From Rhizophagus irregularis (lineage: Eukaryota): DNA of 64,000 nucleotides. Below are positions 37,437 through 49,193 of the stretch, piece after piece. The stretch spans positions 3,038,001 to 3,102,000 of the forward strand of contig NC_089431.1 of assembly GCF_026210795.1 (NCBI RefSeq). The letters are read 5' to 3'. A model generated the notes under the pieces. That model was not told the DNA's origin. It made no database searches and was given only the letters and a program-made list of their open reading frames with translations. The first letter of the stretch is position 1. The number at the start of each line of letters is the position of its first letter. The translations under genes were made by a program, and so were the position numbers.

Positions 37437-39113
37437 TTAGAGATCATCGTAAGCTATTATTTTACGTTTATGTCCTTGTGCTCTTGGATCTAACGGTGAT
37501 TGCGAAGGTGGAACTGGAACTAAAAATATGAACTTTTAATTTAACCTTATAGATTTCAATAAATATAATTTGATGATAATACCTGTACTGTTAATTGTTG
37601 TGGCATATTGAGATGAACCATTCATATATGGAGCTGTTTGAAATGAATATTGAATTCCGTATGCAATTTGTTTAATGTCATTCTGCTTAGCAGTTGCACC
37701 ATCTATAAAGGAAAATAAATATATCAGGCAATGTGTATTATAACTATTTGTCTTATGTTAACTATATAAAAAAACCTGCATCACTCCAAGGAACATTTCC
37801 GAACCCGTTTATATTTCTTTCTGGTCTTTTGGCACGATTTACTAAAAATCCACATATAATTTAGCATTCAATGTTTAATAAAGAAACTTAATTGCTATTA
37901 TTATTAATTAAATACCTTGTATATAGCCTGAACCTAACAATGTTCCGTCCATCTTACGACGAGCTTCAGTCGCGTTTTCTTCGGTATCAAAATCAATGAA
38001 AGCGATACTGTGCGTATATTTAAAAATAAATAAATAAAAAACCGAAACAAAAAAATAAATGATGTAGGACTCACCCCTTTTCAGAAACCATATTAATATT
38101 TTCTATATCACCGAATCGTTCAAAAGCCATATGTAATGCACGTTCAGTAACATCCTTAAGTTCGCCGACGTATATTTTTTTGGTGTAAAACTCGGTGTCA
38201 ATATATTTACTTGCTACTTTATATTGCTACAATATCAAAAAGGTTAATTAGCTACAATTATAATAAAGATGGTTTAAACAACGAAGAAAAACATACATCT
38301 TCATAATTATTATTTGACCATCTCCTTCCTTCTGTTTCATTGTTTCTATCCAACGACCGACGACGTCTTCTGCTGTTACTTCGCTTTCGCTCATACTCCT
38401 CCTCACTATCTGAAGAACGACGCGACCAAGTCCTAGACCGTTTCCGATCTCTATACCTATTACCATCATCATAACGATAATGATCCTCTCGGTCACTATC
38501 TGAGTATCTGTTGTAACTAGATCTCCTCGGAACATATCGATCATAATGAAGTTGGCGACCGTGGTCATTTCTTGGATGATAATGACTTGAGCGGGAATCA
38601 TAATAGTCATCAGATGAACGTTTCCGCGAGGAACGTCTGCTACTACTACTATATCGCCGTGATTCAGATTTATAACGATCATAGTCACTGTAATCGCTAT
38701 GATCATGATCATCTTCACGTTGTCTACTATCACGTCTTAGCATGCGACCGAACTCGTCTACTTCAACCTTTTCACTGTAATATTAAATTAGATTTATAAG
38801 AAAATTAGCAATCGAATAGGTTAACATAAGGAAATCATTTTTAATCTTTTGTAAAGCGATCAAAACAGTGGTAAACTGACTTATCATTTTCTTCGGTTTT
38901 TTTTTTATTTTTTGTTTCTGAACCATTATCTTGTTTATTTGTAGTGGTAAAACTTTCTTCTTTATCAGGTTTACCAGATTGTTGTGAGCCATTTCCTTCA
39001 GCCTAGCAAGCAATTGCAATATAAGAACGTTAAAAATTGGATCAGGAATACACAAGGATTAGAAAATTGACTGTAATTAATAATAATGACGAAAGAAAAC
39101 ATACGACCACCAT
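37437..39113 (-). CDS. RS/RD-rich RRM protein with NELF-E-like architecture, 8 coding exons
   Basis: Hand-spliced in frame: MVV|AEGNGS..|..VDEFGR + R/S/D/Y-rich block|..KIYVGELKDVTERALHMAFERFGDIENINMVSEKG|IAFIDFDTEENATEARRKMDGTLLGSGYIQ|VNRAKRP..VPWSD|..|..DPRAQGHKRKIIAYDDL*. Confidence 0.8.
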
Positions 39114-39458
39114 TTTTATGTACGGCAATACTCCCGAAAAAATAGGTTTGGGCTGGTGGGCGTTAACTTTCAAAATAGAGTTGTAAAAAAAAATAAAAGT
39201 AATATAAATACTGAAAAAAAAATTTTTTTAAAAAAAAAAATCTACGTTTCACAAGAAAATGTTAAAGAAACATGTGCCTGATTTTTTAAAGTATTCAATT
39301 TTTAACACGTAATTTTAAACGTAATTTGACGTAATAAAACTAGAATTAGGAATAGTTCTTGACATTCACGCATAAATACTAATTCAGGTTCAAAATTTTT
39401 TTTCCATTTATTCATTTATTTCTAATTTTTGACGAGACTTTTTTTTACATTCACAAAC

Positions 39459-40694
39459 ATGACTCTTTACTATTTTTTGGTTTTCGTTTTATTAGTTGTT
39501 GAGGTATATTTTTTATTCTTTATGTTGTTTATTATATATATATATATTTAACTAAGCAAGTTTTTCTTTCGTGCCTAAGTGTTTGGCATTTGTAGTTTTA
39601 ATCGTAAGTGTTAAGCCGATTAAATTAAGGTTATTTATCTTAAATTATCTTTTGAGAAGTACTTACCTCATTATTTTAACAAGCTACCTTTTCCACGCGT
39701 GTGGAGACGCGCTGTTTTGCGATGGGTGTCGAAGTCAGATTTGGTAAAACTCGGACATATTTTAGTCAATTCCGCGCATATTAAAGTTATGTATTAACAT
39801 TTCTTATTTATAAGGTTGCTAGGTCCCAAATCGCAATAAAATTCACTTTTATGTAAGTTAATAAAACGTTTTTTTTTATATTTGATCTGTTAACTTATCA
39901 CATTATTATTTTTCAACAGCGCTGTTTTGATCTTATTTATAGGTAAGTGACAGAATCATAATTTTAAATGATTCTTGAATTAATATATACATACTATCGT
40001 TATTTAGATGCCGCCAACCGCACGTTTAGTGTCCAGAATCAAGAAAAAACTGATATAAATGATACTAGAGCAGAAGTTGCACATCATGCTAAAAAATTCT
40101 ATAATCAACGTAATATGTAAGTTACCTTGTATTTGAAAAATAATATATAGATTTAATGATCTTAATGATATATTTATAATTTAATAGGTACTTGACAGGA
40201 TTCACGCTTTTTTTGTCGTTGTAAGTATTACTGTGAATTTTTTCGCGATCCAGGTTCAATTTTAAGTTACATTAATATCTTACTTTGATTAACACTTGAT
40301 AAACAGGATTCTTAATAGAACATATGTATTGGTTGTAGAATTGTTGGCGGCTGAAGATAATCTCGAAGTCATCAAAAAACAGGTCAGGTTAAACATATGA
40401 TGAAGTAAAAGTCTATAGTTCGTATTTTTATTAATCTCTTTAAACGTTATTAAAATATTTTTATAGGCTTCCAATCAGTCAAAAGAGCAATTACGTTTCG
40501 GAGAAATCGAGGAACGAATGAGGAACGAAATTGAAGCTTTATCGAAGGAATTGGAGGAGGAAAAAAAGAAAGAAAGAGATTTTGAAACTTTAAAGAAGCA
40601 AGCAAATCAACAAGCTGATGAATATAATAGACTAGCTGACGAATACAATAGTCTTGAGAGACAAGGAAGTTCTGAAAGCAAAAAAACTAGTTAA
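39459..40694 (+). CDS. BAP31/Yet3-like ER membrane protein, many microexons
   Basis: MTLYYFLVFRLLVVE..LILFIDA..KKFYNQRNMYLTGFTLFLS; coiled coil LKKQANQQADEYNRL; C-terminal KKTS (KKXX retrieval signal). Confidence 0.9.
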
Positions 40695-41137
40695 ATATGA
40701 ATCTTATTGGGCAAATTAAAATTATTGCTAACTATATGAAGATAGAGATAATAACCCCTATTTCATCGTTGTATACTCAATATCACGCAGTATTTGTATC
40801 TATTTCAAATTCAAATGATAAATAATATCAGTACAAAATTTGAACATTATTATGAAATTTTTTTTTGCATTATACATACATTTAGTGTTTCAATAAAAAT
40901 TTAGGTTGAATAATTAGCAATAACTATTATTAAGGAAGAAAAAAATGTTTTTAAATAAATTTTCCTCTTTTTATAAACTATCTCATTTAATCTTAACCGT
41001 TCATAATATCCTGGTATGACATGATCCTACTCAGTTTCACCTCCAATTAAAAATTATATTCGGCCTTATATTATTTGTTGATAAAAAAAATTAAGCACGA
41101 CTAAAACTACTACTACAAAATGATTTTCTACAAATAT

Positions 41138-41938
41138 TCATTCGACTTCAAGTCTATTGATTCCAAATAAACGAACTTTATGCAATTGGGGTAATTTTGC
41201 TATAATTACCACTGCCAAAAATGTAAAATTGACCAAAAAAGTAATTGCATCATAATGTGTATAATGTGTACTAAGTAAAAATCTAAAGAGGAAAAAAATT
41301 AATAAATTCAGATTTAAACTTAACAAAATTAATATATTTAACTTGCTTACATACAATCCAATTGGTAAAGCTGTAAGGTATTTTTTAGCGGGAGTAAATT
41401 GTGCTCCATTATCGATTTGTTCCCATAATGTTAATCCATCATAGGCTCCCGAATTAAAATCGAATGGAACTCCTTTTACCCAATGAAACATCACAAAACT
41501 GCCCTAAACCCAAAAATTAAAATAAAATTAGTTACAAAATTGAGGGGAAAAGTTTTCGTAAGAGAATAATATTTACGAGCATATATGACAGATTGGTTAA
41601 TGTCCAACTAGTTTCAGAAGATACTCCAGGAACACTACTAAGCAAAATCTTGACGCAAATAATCAGAATAATATGAACTAACCAAGCACCTAAATGATAA
41701 GAAATTAGACAATTCAATCGAAATGAATAAGTAAGGATCCTTCAATTTATAAAAAAAATGCAATAAGAATCAATCGATAATTTAATGAGGAAAGAATAAA
41801 ACTTGTTCATTATAATTTTTTTTTTCTACCTTTATAGTACACCCAATTAGAATTTAAGTTTGGTAGGGCAAATTGGTCTTCATCGTAAGTAGTTGGTTTT
41901 TCAGTAGTAATAAAACTTCTTGATCTACTTCTCGCCAT
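41138..41938 (-). CDS. ORM1: ORM/ORMDL regulator of sphingolipid synthesis
   Basis: NLNSNWVYYKG|AWLVHI..SWTLTN..FHWVKGVPF..LTLWEQID..FTPAKK..THY..AKLPQLHKVRLFGIN. Confidence 0.96.
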
Positions 41939-42316
41939 ATTCTTGGAAAAAAAAAATAACGAATATTTCTTACAATAAATATTTATAAGAAAAAAAAAAG
42001 TTTAAAAGACACGTAAAGAAAAAAAAATAAAGTTACGATAAGCCTATTTTAATAAGTAGAAAAAGCTTAAATATTCAGGAACTTCCTATTAGAATAACTA
42101 TGATCGGTTTGGAAAAAGCCCGAACAAAAAATATTACTGAATGAACATTACCCAGGATTGTTGATATTTATCCTAATACGCAAATGTATCATTCTTTGAT
42201 CAGGTGAAAATATGCAACTCTAATAAGATAAGGTTGCCGCATTCAACATTGTCACATTTGTACAATTGCTTAAGTAGACATTGATCGGCACACATCTTTT
42301 ACACGTCTTTTTTCAA

Positions 42317-42916
42317 ATGAGTAGTTACGAACCAACCGATATCCGTCAACGCGCTGCTAAAACAATTGAAATACAAGAACCTTTACTTGATGGTGGGGAT
42401 AGTAATGTTCAACAACGTATAAAAAGGCCAAGGCCTTCACTTATTTTAAGAATATTAATTGCAATAAAATGGATTATTATTGTTTTTATTATTTCTTGGT
42501 ATTTTGACGCATTGCAAGGTATCAATCAAGTATTAGAAAAAGATACTTTGAAAAGGTTAGAAATCCAGTTTCTTTCATATTCATTTTTAATGATTTTTTT
42601 TTAAAAAAATTTTTTTCTTTACTTTTTTTTTAGAAAAATATTTTATATATCATTATTGGCACTATTAAGCATGTTATTGATTTTTATATATCTACAATAT
42701 TATATTCCATTTACAAAAAAAGCTTCACCACCAAAATATTCATCATGGAATACTGATGATACTTTAAAGAAATTTATTCCCATAGCTACTTTTATGGGTT
42801 TAATAGGTGTTGTTGGTTTATTGTTTAGTTTTTGGCATATTTGGGGATTTTTTGGTACCCCTTTAGTAATATTTTCTGCATTAAAAAGTATTATTCATAT
42901 TATAAATATTCTTTGA
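42317..42916 (+). CDS. TMEM128-like 4-TM protein, 2 exons
   Basis: Four hydrophobic segments; C-terminal IPIATF..FSFWHIWGFFGTPL resembles the TMEM128 motif IPxxT..LWHVWSFFTPL as recalled. Confidence 0.6.
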
Positions 42917-43611
42917 GTAAAATAATATTTGGTAATTAATATAATATATATTCATATCTATTGATTGCATATTAAGTTACAATTATATGTATTATATTCA
43001 ACACTCGAATCCCACATTTTTGAGCGAAACTTTTTTATAATAATATTTCAAATCAAAATTTTTCGTCAAGCTTTGTGGGTATACTTAAATCAATTACAAA
43101 GCATGAAACGCGTCAATAAGTCGTGTATTCAGTTATCAAAATTGATATATTTATTAATCACCTTAAATATAAAATGTAATATCCTTTATTCCTTTAATGT
43201 TTATAAATTATTTTATAAATAAATATATACAATTAATTGTTAATTTTGAGGATCAAATATGTATTGTGTATGGTGTATTAAATATAAATTTTGCAAGATT
43301 AAATGTATATTAGTATTATATACATATATTATATATACATTATTCTTCACTGAACAGTTAAAATATGCTTTTTTGCCTCGGAAAATTATACATTTTTTCT
43401 CTCTCATAACTTTCTATTATTTTATTAATCGACATCGCATTATCCTGCGCTTTTTACTAAAGCAATAATATATTAATAACAAAAAAGAAACACATTAAAT
43501 TTGAAGCTAAAATTATTCATTGCTTCATATTTTCTCATGAAGAAAGATTGTTTTCATAAAATATTATGCATTGAATTGTGCACAATTATTAGTAATAAAT
43601 ATTTGATTCAT

Positions 43612-44878
43612 TTAGATGGGCTGGCCAGTAGCAGTTGTCATGGCTTTGTTAGCCTTTGCTTGTGCTACAGCCGCAAGCTTTTGTTGATGGCCGGCGGAAA
43701 CGACAGGCTTCCTGACCGACCTAATTTCATCGGACGCGAAGCCAGGAATACGTATATTCCAGTTTCGTTCTAATAAAAAGAGGTAAATTAGAAAAAAAGT
43801 GATTTATCCTAATTTTATTATAATCAAAGTATTACTTACCCAGATGAAGTTGAAGATCTTTTACCTCCAACGTGTCCGATTTGCGATGTTTAGCTAACAA
43901 ACACGCAAATGAGGCCACTGACGAAATAAATTCGTCTGCAATTTCGAGAAGCATCTATCAATTATACATATTAATTATATTAATTTAATATTAAGTATAT
44001 AATGATATATTATATATTATAAATAACTCACCTCTTCAACTTCAGGCTCTAATCTCTCTTTTGGATCTATTTGATCCACTAACTGCTGAACTTTTCGTTT
44101 TGGCAAAAGATGTCGAGCCCCTGCACTTTCCGCATCAACATCCATCGCAGCGGACGCGGGTGTTTCAGGAAAGCTCGCACTGCTACCAAAAACGCTTGCA
44201 GGAGCTTTGCCTGCCTGACCTTGAGGTATTTTTCCAACAGCTTGACTATTTAATAGTGTCGATGAAAGAATATTCGTACTAATGGCCGGAGCTATCGGAG
44301 GAACTTGTCGAGGAGCAACATTTGATGTCGATATTATAGCCGAAGATTCCGCATCAATTTCCATCATATCTTCATTTGATCCTTGTGATGGATGTTGCTG
44401 CAACTGCTGTTGCTGTGTTAAAGGAGATTGTGGTGGCATCGGTCGTTGTCCAAGTTGATGTTGCATACCCGGAGATATCATTGAACCATCCTGAAGCTGA
44501 CCAGTAGCCATACTCGTAGAAGGATAGATAGGTGATTGCATTTGTACCGATGTCGTAATAGGCATCCGATTTTGCCCTAACGTATTCATTGTATTCATCG
44601 GCATCGTCCTTGGTGATGATACATTTGTTGGAGATCTGATTGCTTGGGAATTCATAAATGATTGCGAAGACATATGGGGAACTGCCCCTTGAAATTTTTG
44701 TGGCATAGTTCTTAGAATATTTATTTCTTGTTTAACCGCAATATTAGGATTCTTTTCGGCTATTAATTGGTGTGAATTATGGATATTTTGATATTCTAAA
44801 GGTCTAGTCTGTACAATTTGTTGTCTATTTTGATGATGATGTGCTTGCTGTTGCTGCTGCTGTTGTTGCTGTTGTTGC

Positions 44879-44927
<49 letters not shown>

Positions 44928-45684
44928 GGTGCTGTTGCTGTTGCTGCTGCTGCTGCTGCTGCTGCTGTTGCTGTTGTTGTTGTTGTTGTTGTATTGTATG
45001 TTGTTGAGGTCTTTGCACTGATAACATTGGAGTTGTCGATGACATTGCGGTTGTAACAGCAATAGGACGAGTTACTGTGTGTGGAGAAGAAATAGACGTT
45101 GAGGTAGAAGATGTCTGATCTTGCGTCATCGATAAATTGTAACTTGTTGCAGGTTGGTTATTTTGATTGTTTATATTGATTTGTTGTATCGCGCTCATCG
45201 TATCCTCATACTTTTTAAACATTTTCATACCTTCTTCAGTTTCAACACCCAATTGGTGAGCCTGATTAAGATAATCAGTAGCCATTTGATTTAAATATTG
45301 AGGTAATTTCGAATCTTCAGAATTACTTTTTTCGAAAGGTGCTGTTTTAGTACGTCCACCTCCAGTACTAGCTTTTCTTGTAGTAGTCGCTCCTTTTTTT
45401 TTAGCATTTCCTCTAATTACTGCTGCTCCACGTCCCGCTCCTACAGCTGTACCTACAGACATATTTGGTTGTATTTGAGGAGATAAAGACGTTTGCTGTT
45501 GTGAAGAAGGTTGTATAGAAGGCTGCTGTTGTATTGAATTTTGTATAGGTGTTTGTGGTTGTTGCTGTATTGAAGGCGATTGTACAGGTTGTTGCATTTG
45601 ATGTTGTGGCGATTGTTGCATTGAACCTTGTGGTGTCTGTTGCATCTGTGGTCTTGATTGTTGTGAAATTTGTTGTCCTTTCAT
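43612..45684 (-). CDS. TAF12: TFIID/SAGA subunit TAF12 with long Q-rich N-terminus, 3 exons
   Basis: Histone fold [74 protein letters not shown]. Confidence 0.95.
44845..44991 (-). repeat. CAA/CAG polyglutamine tract, 49 codons with one His interruption
   Basis: TTG/CTG triplet run on the + strand inside TAF12. Confidence 0.95.
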
Positions 45685-46233
45685 CTGAAGTTGTTGGTTT
45701 TGTAAAGATAACAGTAGTTAAACTTGTTGATTATTTTTGAAGAGTAATCTTGTAGACAGATTTGAAAGGTTTTTTTACGTTAATGGTTAAAGAAAAAAAT
45801 AATCTTTGTGAAATGCTCTCCTTTTTAAAGTCACGTGATAATCGCTGTTTGTGAACGGAAAATGAAAAAAGTTATTACTTTTTGAAGAACAAAAACCTAT
45901 GCTTAGGGTCCCGTCTTCCTTGATTCGACTGAACACTATTAAAATTGATTAAAAATGTAAATAAATCATTCTTAAAATGTTTACAATATAACGAGATCAT
46001 GTGATGAATATAATTTTTTTAGTTAAAACTTTTTATTACTAATATTAATTTTTATTATAGAAAGTTAAATGTACTAATAAAAAATTTTTTTTTAATACAA
46101 AAATAAGTTAACCTATAATTGTAGAAACTGTGTATTAATTTTCTTTCTTATTTTGATATCATATCATTTTAATTGTTAATATACTGTACAAATAAGATAT
46201 TACACAAAGTAAAATCCTCCAAAAAAAAGTTTA

Positions 46234-48213
46234 TTAATGTTTAAAATCCCAAATCCTAATTTCACAATCTTCACTTCCCGAAACAATCATCGTATCACCT
46301 AATGCAACACAATTAACTGCACCTCCATGTCCAACTAAAGTATGCATGCATTTCCCTGAATCTTTATCCCAAATTTTTACAGATTTATCATGAGCGCCAC
46401 TAGCCACTCTAAGCTTATCGGCTGCTAAAGACCATACACCTTCAACATGTCCAAATAATGTATTTATACATTTTCCTGTTTCAAGTGACCACATTTTAAT
46501 CGTATTATCTAAAGACCCCGAAATAACAATGGGTTCGTCAATTTTATCTGGATCATTGCATTTTGAACGTTCTTTATGTGATGTGTTGGCAGAAGACGAA
46601 TTAAATACTGAACATAATACGGTAGGTTGAATGCATTGGATTGAAGCGACATGAGTTTCTTGACTATCAAAAACTTTAGTACAGGTTTTGGTGATCAAAT
46701 CCCAAATACGTATCGTTTGGTCATCAGAACATGATAATAATTGTGATTTCTGATAAATCACAACACAATTAACCCATGCCGTATGTCCCCTCAAGGTTGT
46801 ACATTTACTTGTAGAGAAATTCCAAACCTTGATTGTATGATCAGCAGAACCACTAGCAACAATACGATTGTCAAAGTGAAGCGAAACAACTCCATCTGTA
46901 TGACCTTCAAGTGTGTTAAGACATTGACCTGTATGATAATTCCATAACTTTAAAGTGTGATCCATTGAACCGGTAATAAGCTTTACATTATCAAACTGTA
47001 ATGCTTGTACACAACGTGTATGTCCTTTCAAAACATGAATTAACTCTCCAGTATCAAGATTCCAAACACGAACAGTCTTATCAAGGGATCCAGTGATAAG
47101 ACGATTATATTCCTCATTAAATTGAAGACATAATATTCCATCAGTGTGTCCTTTTATTGATCTAACAGTATATCGACCCTTCCGCCAATTGCGTTCAACA
47201 ACAAGACGTTCACTATAAACTTCTTTCCATGGTCGAGTTTTATGAGGTTCCAACGTTATAAAAGGTATATCAGGATATAAAGGTATTGTTTTGTCCTCAG
47301 ATATACGAACACGTTTTACTTCTCTTATCTCATCCTGTGAATCGTATGATGGTGTATTCGGTGTTGAAGGATTAGTATTTGAAGGGGAGGATACAGGTGA
47401 AGTATGATGTTGTAAATATTTCATTGAATTATGTGCGTCAGCAGCAGAAATACACGTTGTAACTACAGGTGAATCAATGGATGTTTCATTTAATGCAGAT
47501 CGTTTCCCGTTTCTTTTCTGTTTCTGATCCAAGAGAGGTAAACCCCAACCACACTTGTAACATTTTTTGTCTATGTGTTGTTCACATAATTTATGCCAAA
47601 CTACATCATCATCTGCCATACGTTTCCATGTTTTGGATACTTGAGCAGCTTGACATAACGAGATTGCATCAAGATAAGAAAGGATTTTAACAGAAATTTC
47701 GCTCGGAAGAGCTACAATAAAATCAATACGAATTAAATCCTTTATATAATTAGAAACAAAGGATAATTGAGTAAGACAACATTGAGTCAATATTCCTTGT
47801 AATATTACACAACGGTTCTGTGGAGGTGCCTCAGAAAATGTTTTAAATATATGTGCAATTGAATCTTGTTCTGAAAGGGATAATTTTGAAATTTGCTATA
47901 ATTTTTTTAAAAAAAAATTATTCAAATAATAATTAAAATTAGAGGTGAATAAAATAATTTATCAAATAAAAATTTTATAAAAAAGCGGGAATAATACCTT
48001 TTGTAATTCTTCATTAGCAAGTTCGTCAGCCATTCTTTCTTTTACGAGATCAGGACGATGACGGTAACAATAATAATTTCTAGGTCGTTCTTGTTTATTA
48101 TATGCGTTTTTTATTAGAGAAGGATCGAGTTCAAGTTGTTTATTATAAGAAGAATCTTTAACTTGAAGTCTAGCAAAGTCTAAATCTGCGGTAAATTCTT
48201 GATTTTCTTGCAT
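46234..48213 (-). CDS. MET30: F-box/WD40 sulfur metabolite repression control protein (SconB/scon-2/Met30 family), 2 exons
   Basis: YCYRHRPD motif; QCCLTQLSFVS..RIDFIVALPSEIS F-box; WHKLCEQHIDKKCYKCGWGLPLL; RPWKEVYSERL; WD40 repeats. Confidence 0.93.
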
Positions 48214-48560
48214 AGTTAAAAAATATATATATATGGTTACTTTTTATATAAAAAAATAATGAACAATAAAGACTATGACTATTGATAAAAATAAAAATAA
48301 ACAAAACTGTATTATTCTTAAAAAGAAAAAATAAATAGCGAATTAAAAAATTTGAGAATAACAAATAGTTGATCAATATAGTACGTGAGCCAATAGGTAA
48401 GTTACCTAATATAAAAAATTAGGTAATAGAATATCTTGCGTCAGAAACATACCACTTTAGATCATTACATTCCTATACTATATAAAAAAAGAAAATTCCT
48501 CATAATAGAAACTCCTAACCATTTAAACCCATTTATCAGATTATGATAATTATGCATGCT

Positions 48561-48581
48561 ATTGCACCATTTTGATGCCAT
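48561..48581. promoter_or_regulatory. Tandem candidate CYS-3/MetR bZIP sites upstream of SconB/MET30
   Basis: ATTGCACCAT and TTGATGCCAT each match ATGRYRYCAT at 9/10 positions, about 350 bp upstream of the ATG. Confidence 0.35.
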
Positions 48582-49193
48582 CTTTATAATGGGAAAAAAT
48601 AACCATATTTATTATTTTAATGAGAGAAAAATAATTATTTTCTCATAATTTTAAATATTGTAAATATTGCAATTTCCCGCGAAATCCTTAACATATTACA
48701 AGATATGAATATATTGAAAATTTGTAGATAGATATCATTCTATCAAGCCTTTTTTCTATTTCCAATAAAATGATAAAACTGTAAATAGATGCCCGTCACA
48801 ATATTAAAAAGGGAAAGCTTTCAAAGTATTAGCCACTTTAAAAAAAAAAGCCGTAAATCCGGTCATATGTTATTCAAATATTCAAATCCAGATTCTTCCA
48901 TAGTTCCATATCACCTCAGAGACAAAGAAAACGTAAATTTATTTATTTTATCCTAATTTGTTTAATCTAAAATGTGATGGCTTAACTCAATGTAGATCAT
49001 TCAGGTTATCACACTAATTAATTAAGGAGATTTTGATAAGAAATTGTAACTGAAACAATAACAAAAAATCTTATGACCATCCCAACACTGCCAATTATCA
49101 GATCTTTTTTTTTTAAGATTATAATAATGAATACCGACACATTTTGTTTAATAAATATGTGAATGTGCTAAAATATTACGTTAGTATATAATA

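Noticed and set aside
43179..43187. ATATCCTTT resembling an AT-AC donor
   Set aside because: Located in AT-rich DNA between two stop codons with no exon context or branch site; likely chance.
42965..43468. Short hydrophobic ORFs here and at 2177-2755 and 48170-48376
   Set aside because: Mostly non-ATG starts, I/F/L/Y-rich as expected from AT-rich non-coding DNA, with no motifs.
44796..45062. Poly-L, poly-V/A and poly-N/S ORFs in the track
   Set aside because: Alternative-frame and antisense shadows of the TAF12 polyQ repeat.
49082..49090. CCAACACTG, reverse complement of the CAGTGTTGG end at 22878, suggesting a 26-kb composite element
   Set aside because: Only 9 bp match, no TSD, and the interval is full of conserved housekeeping genes.
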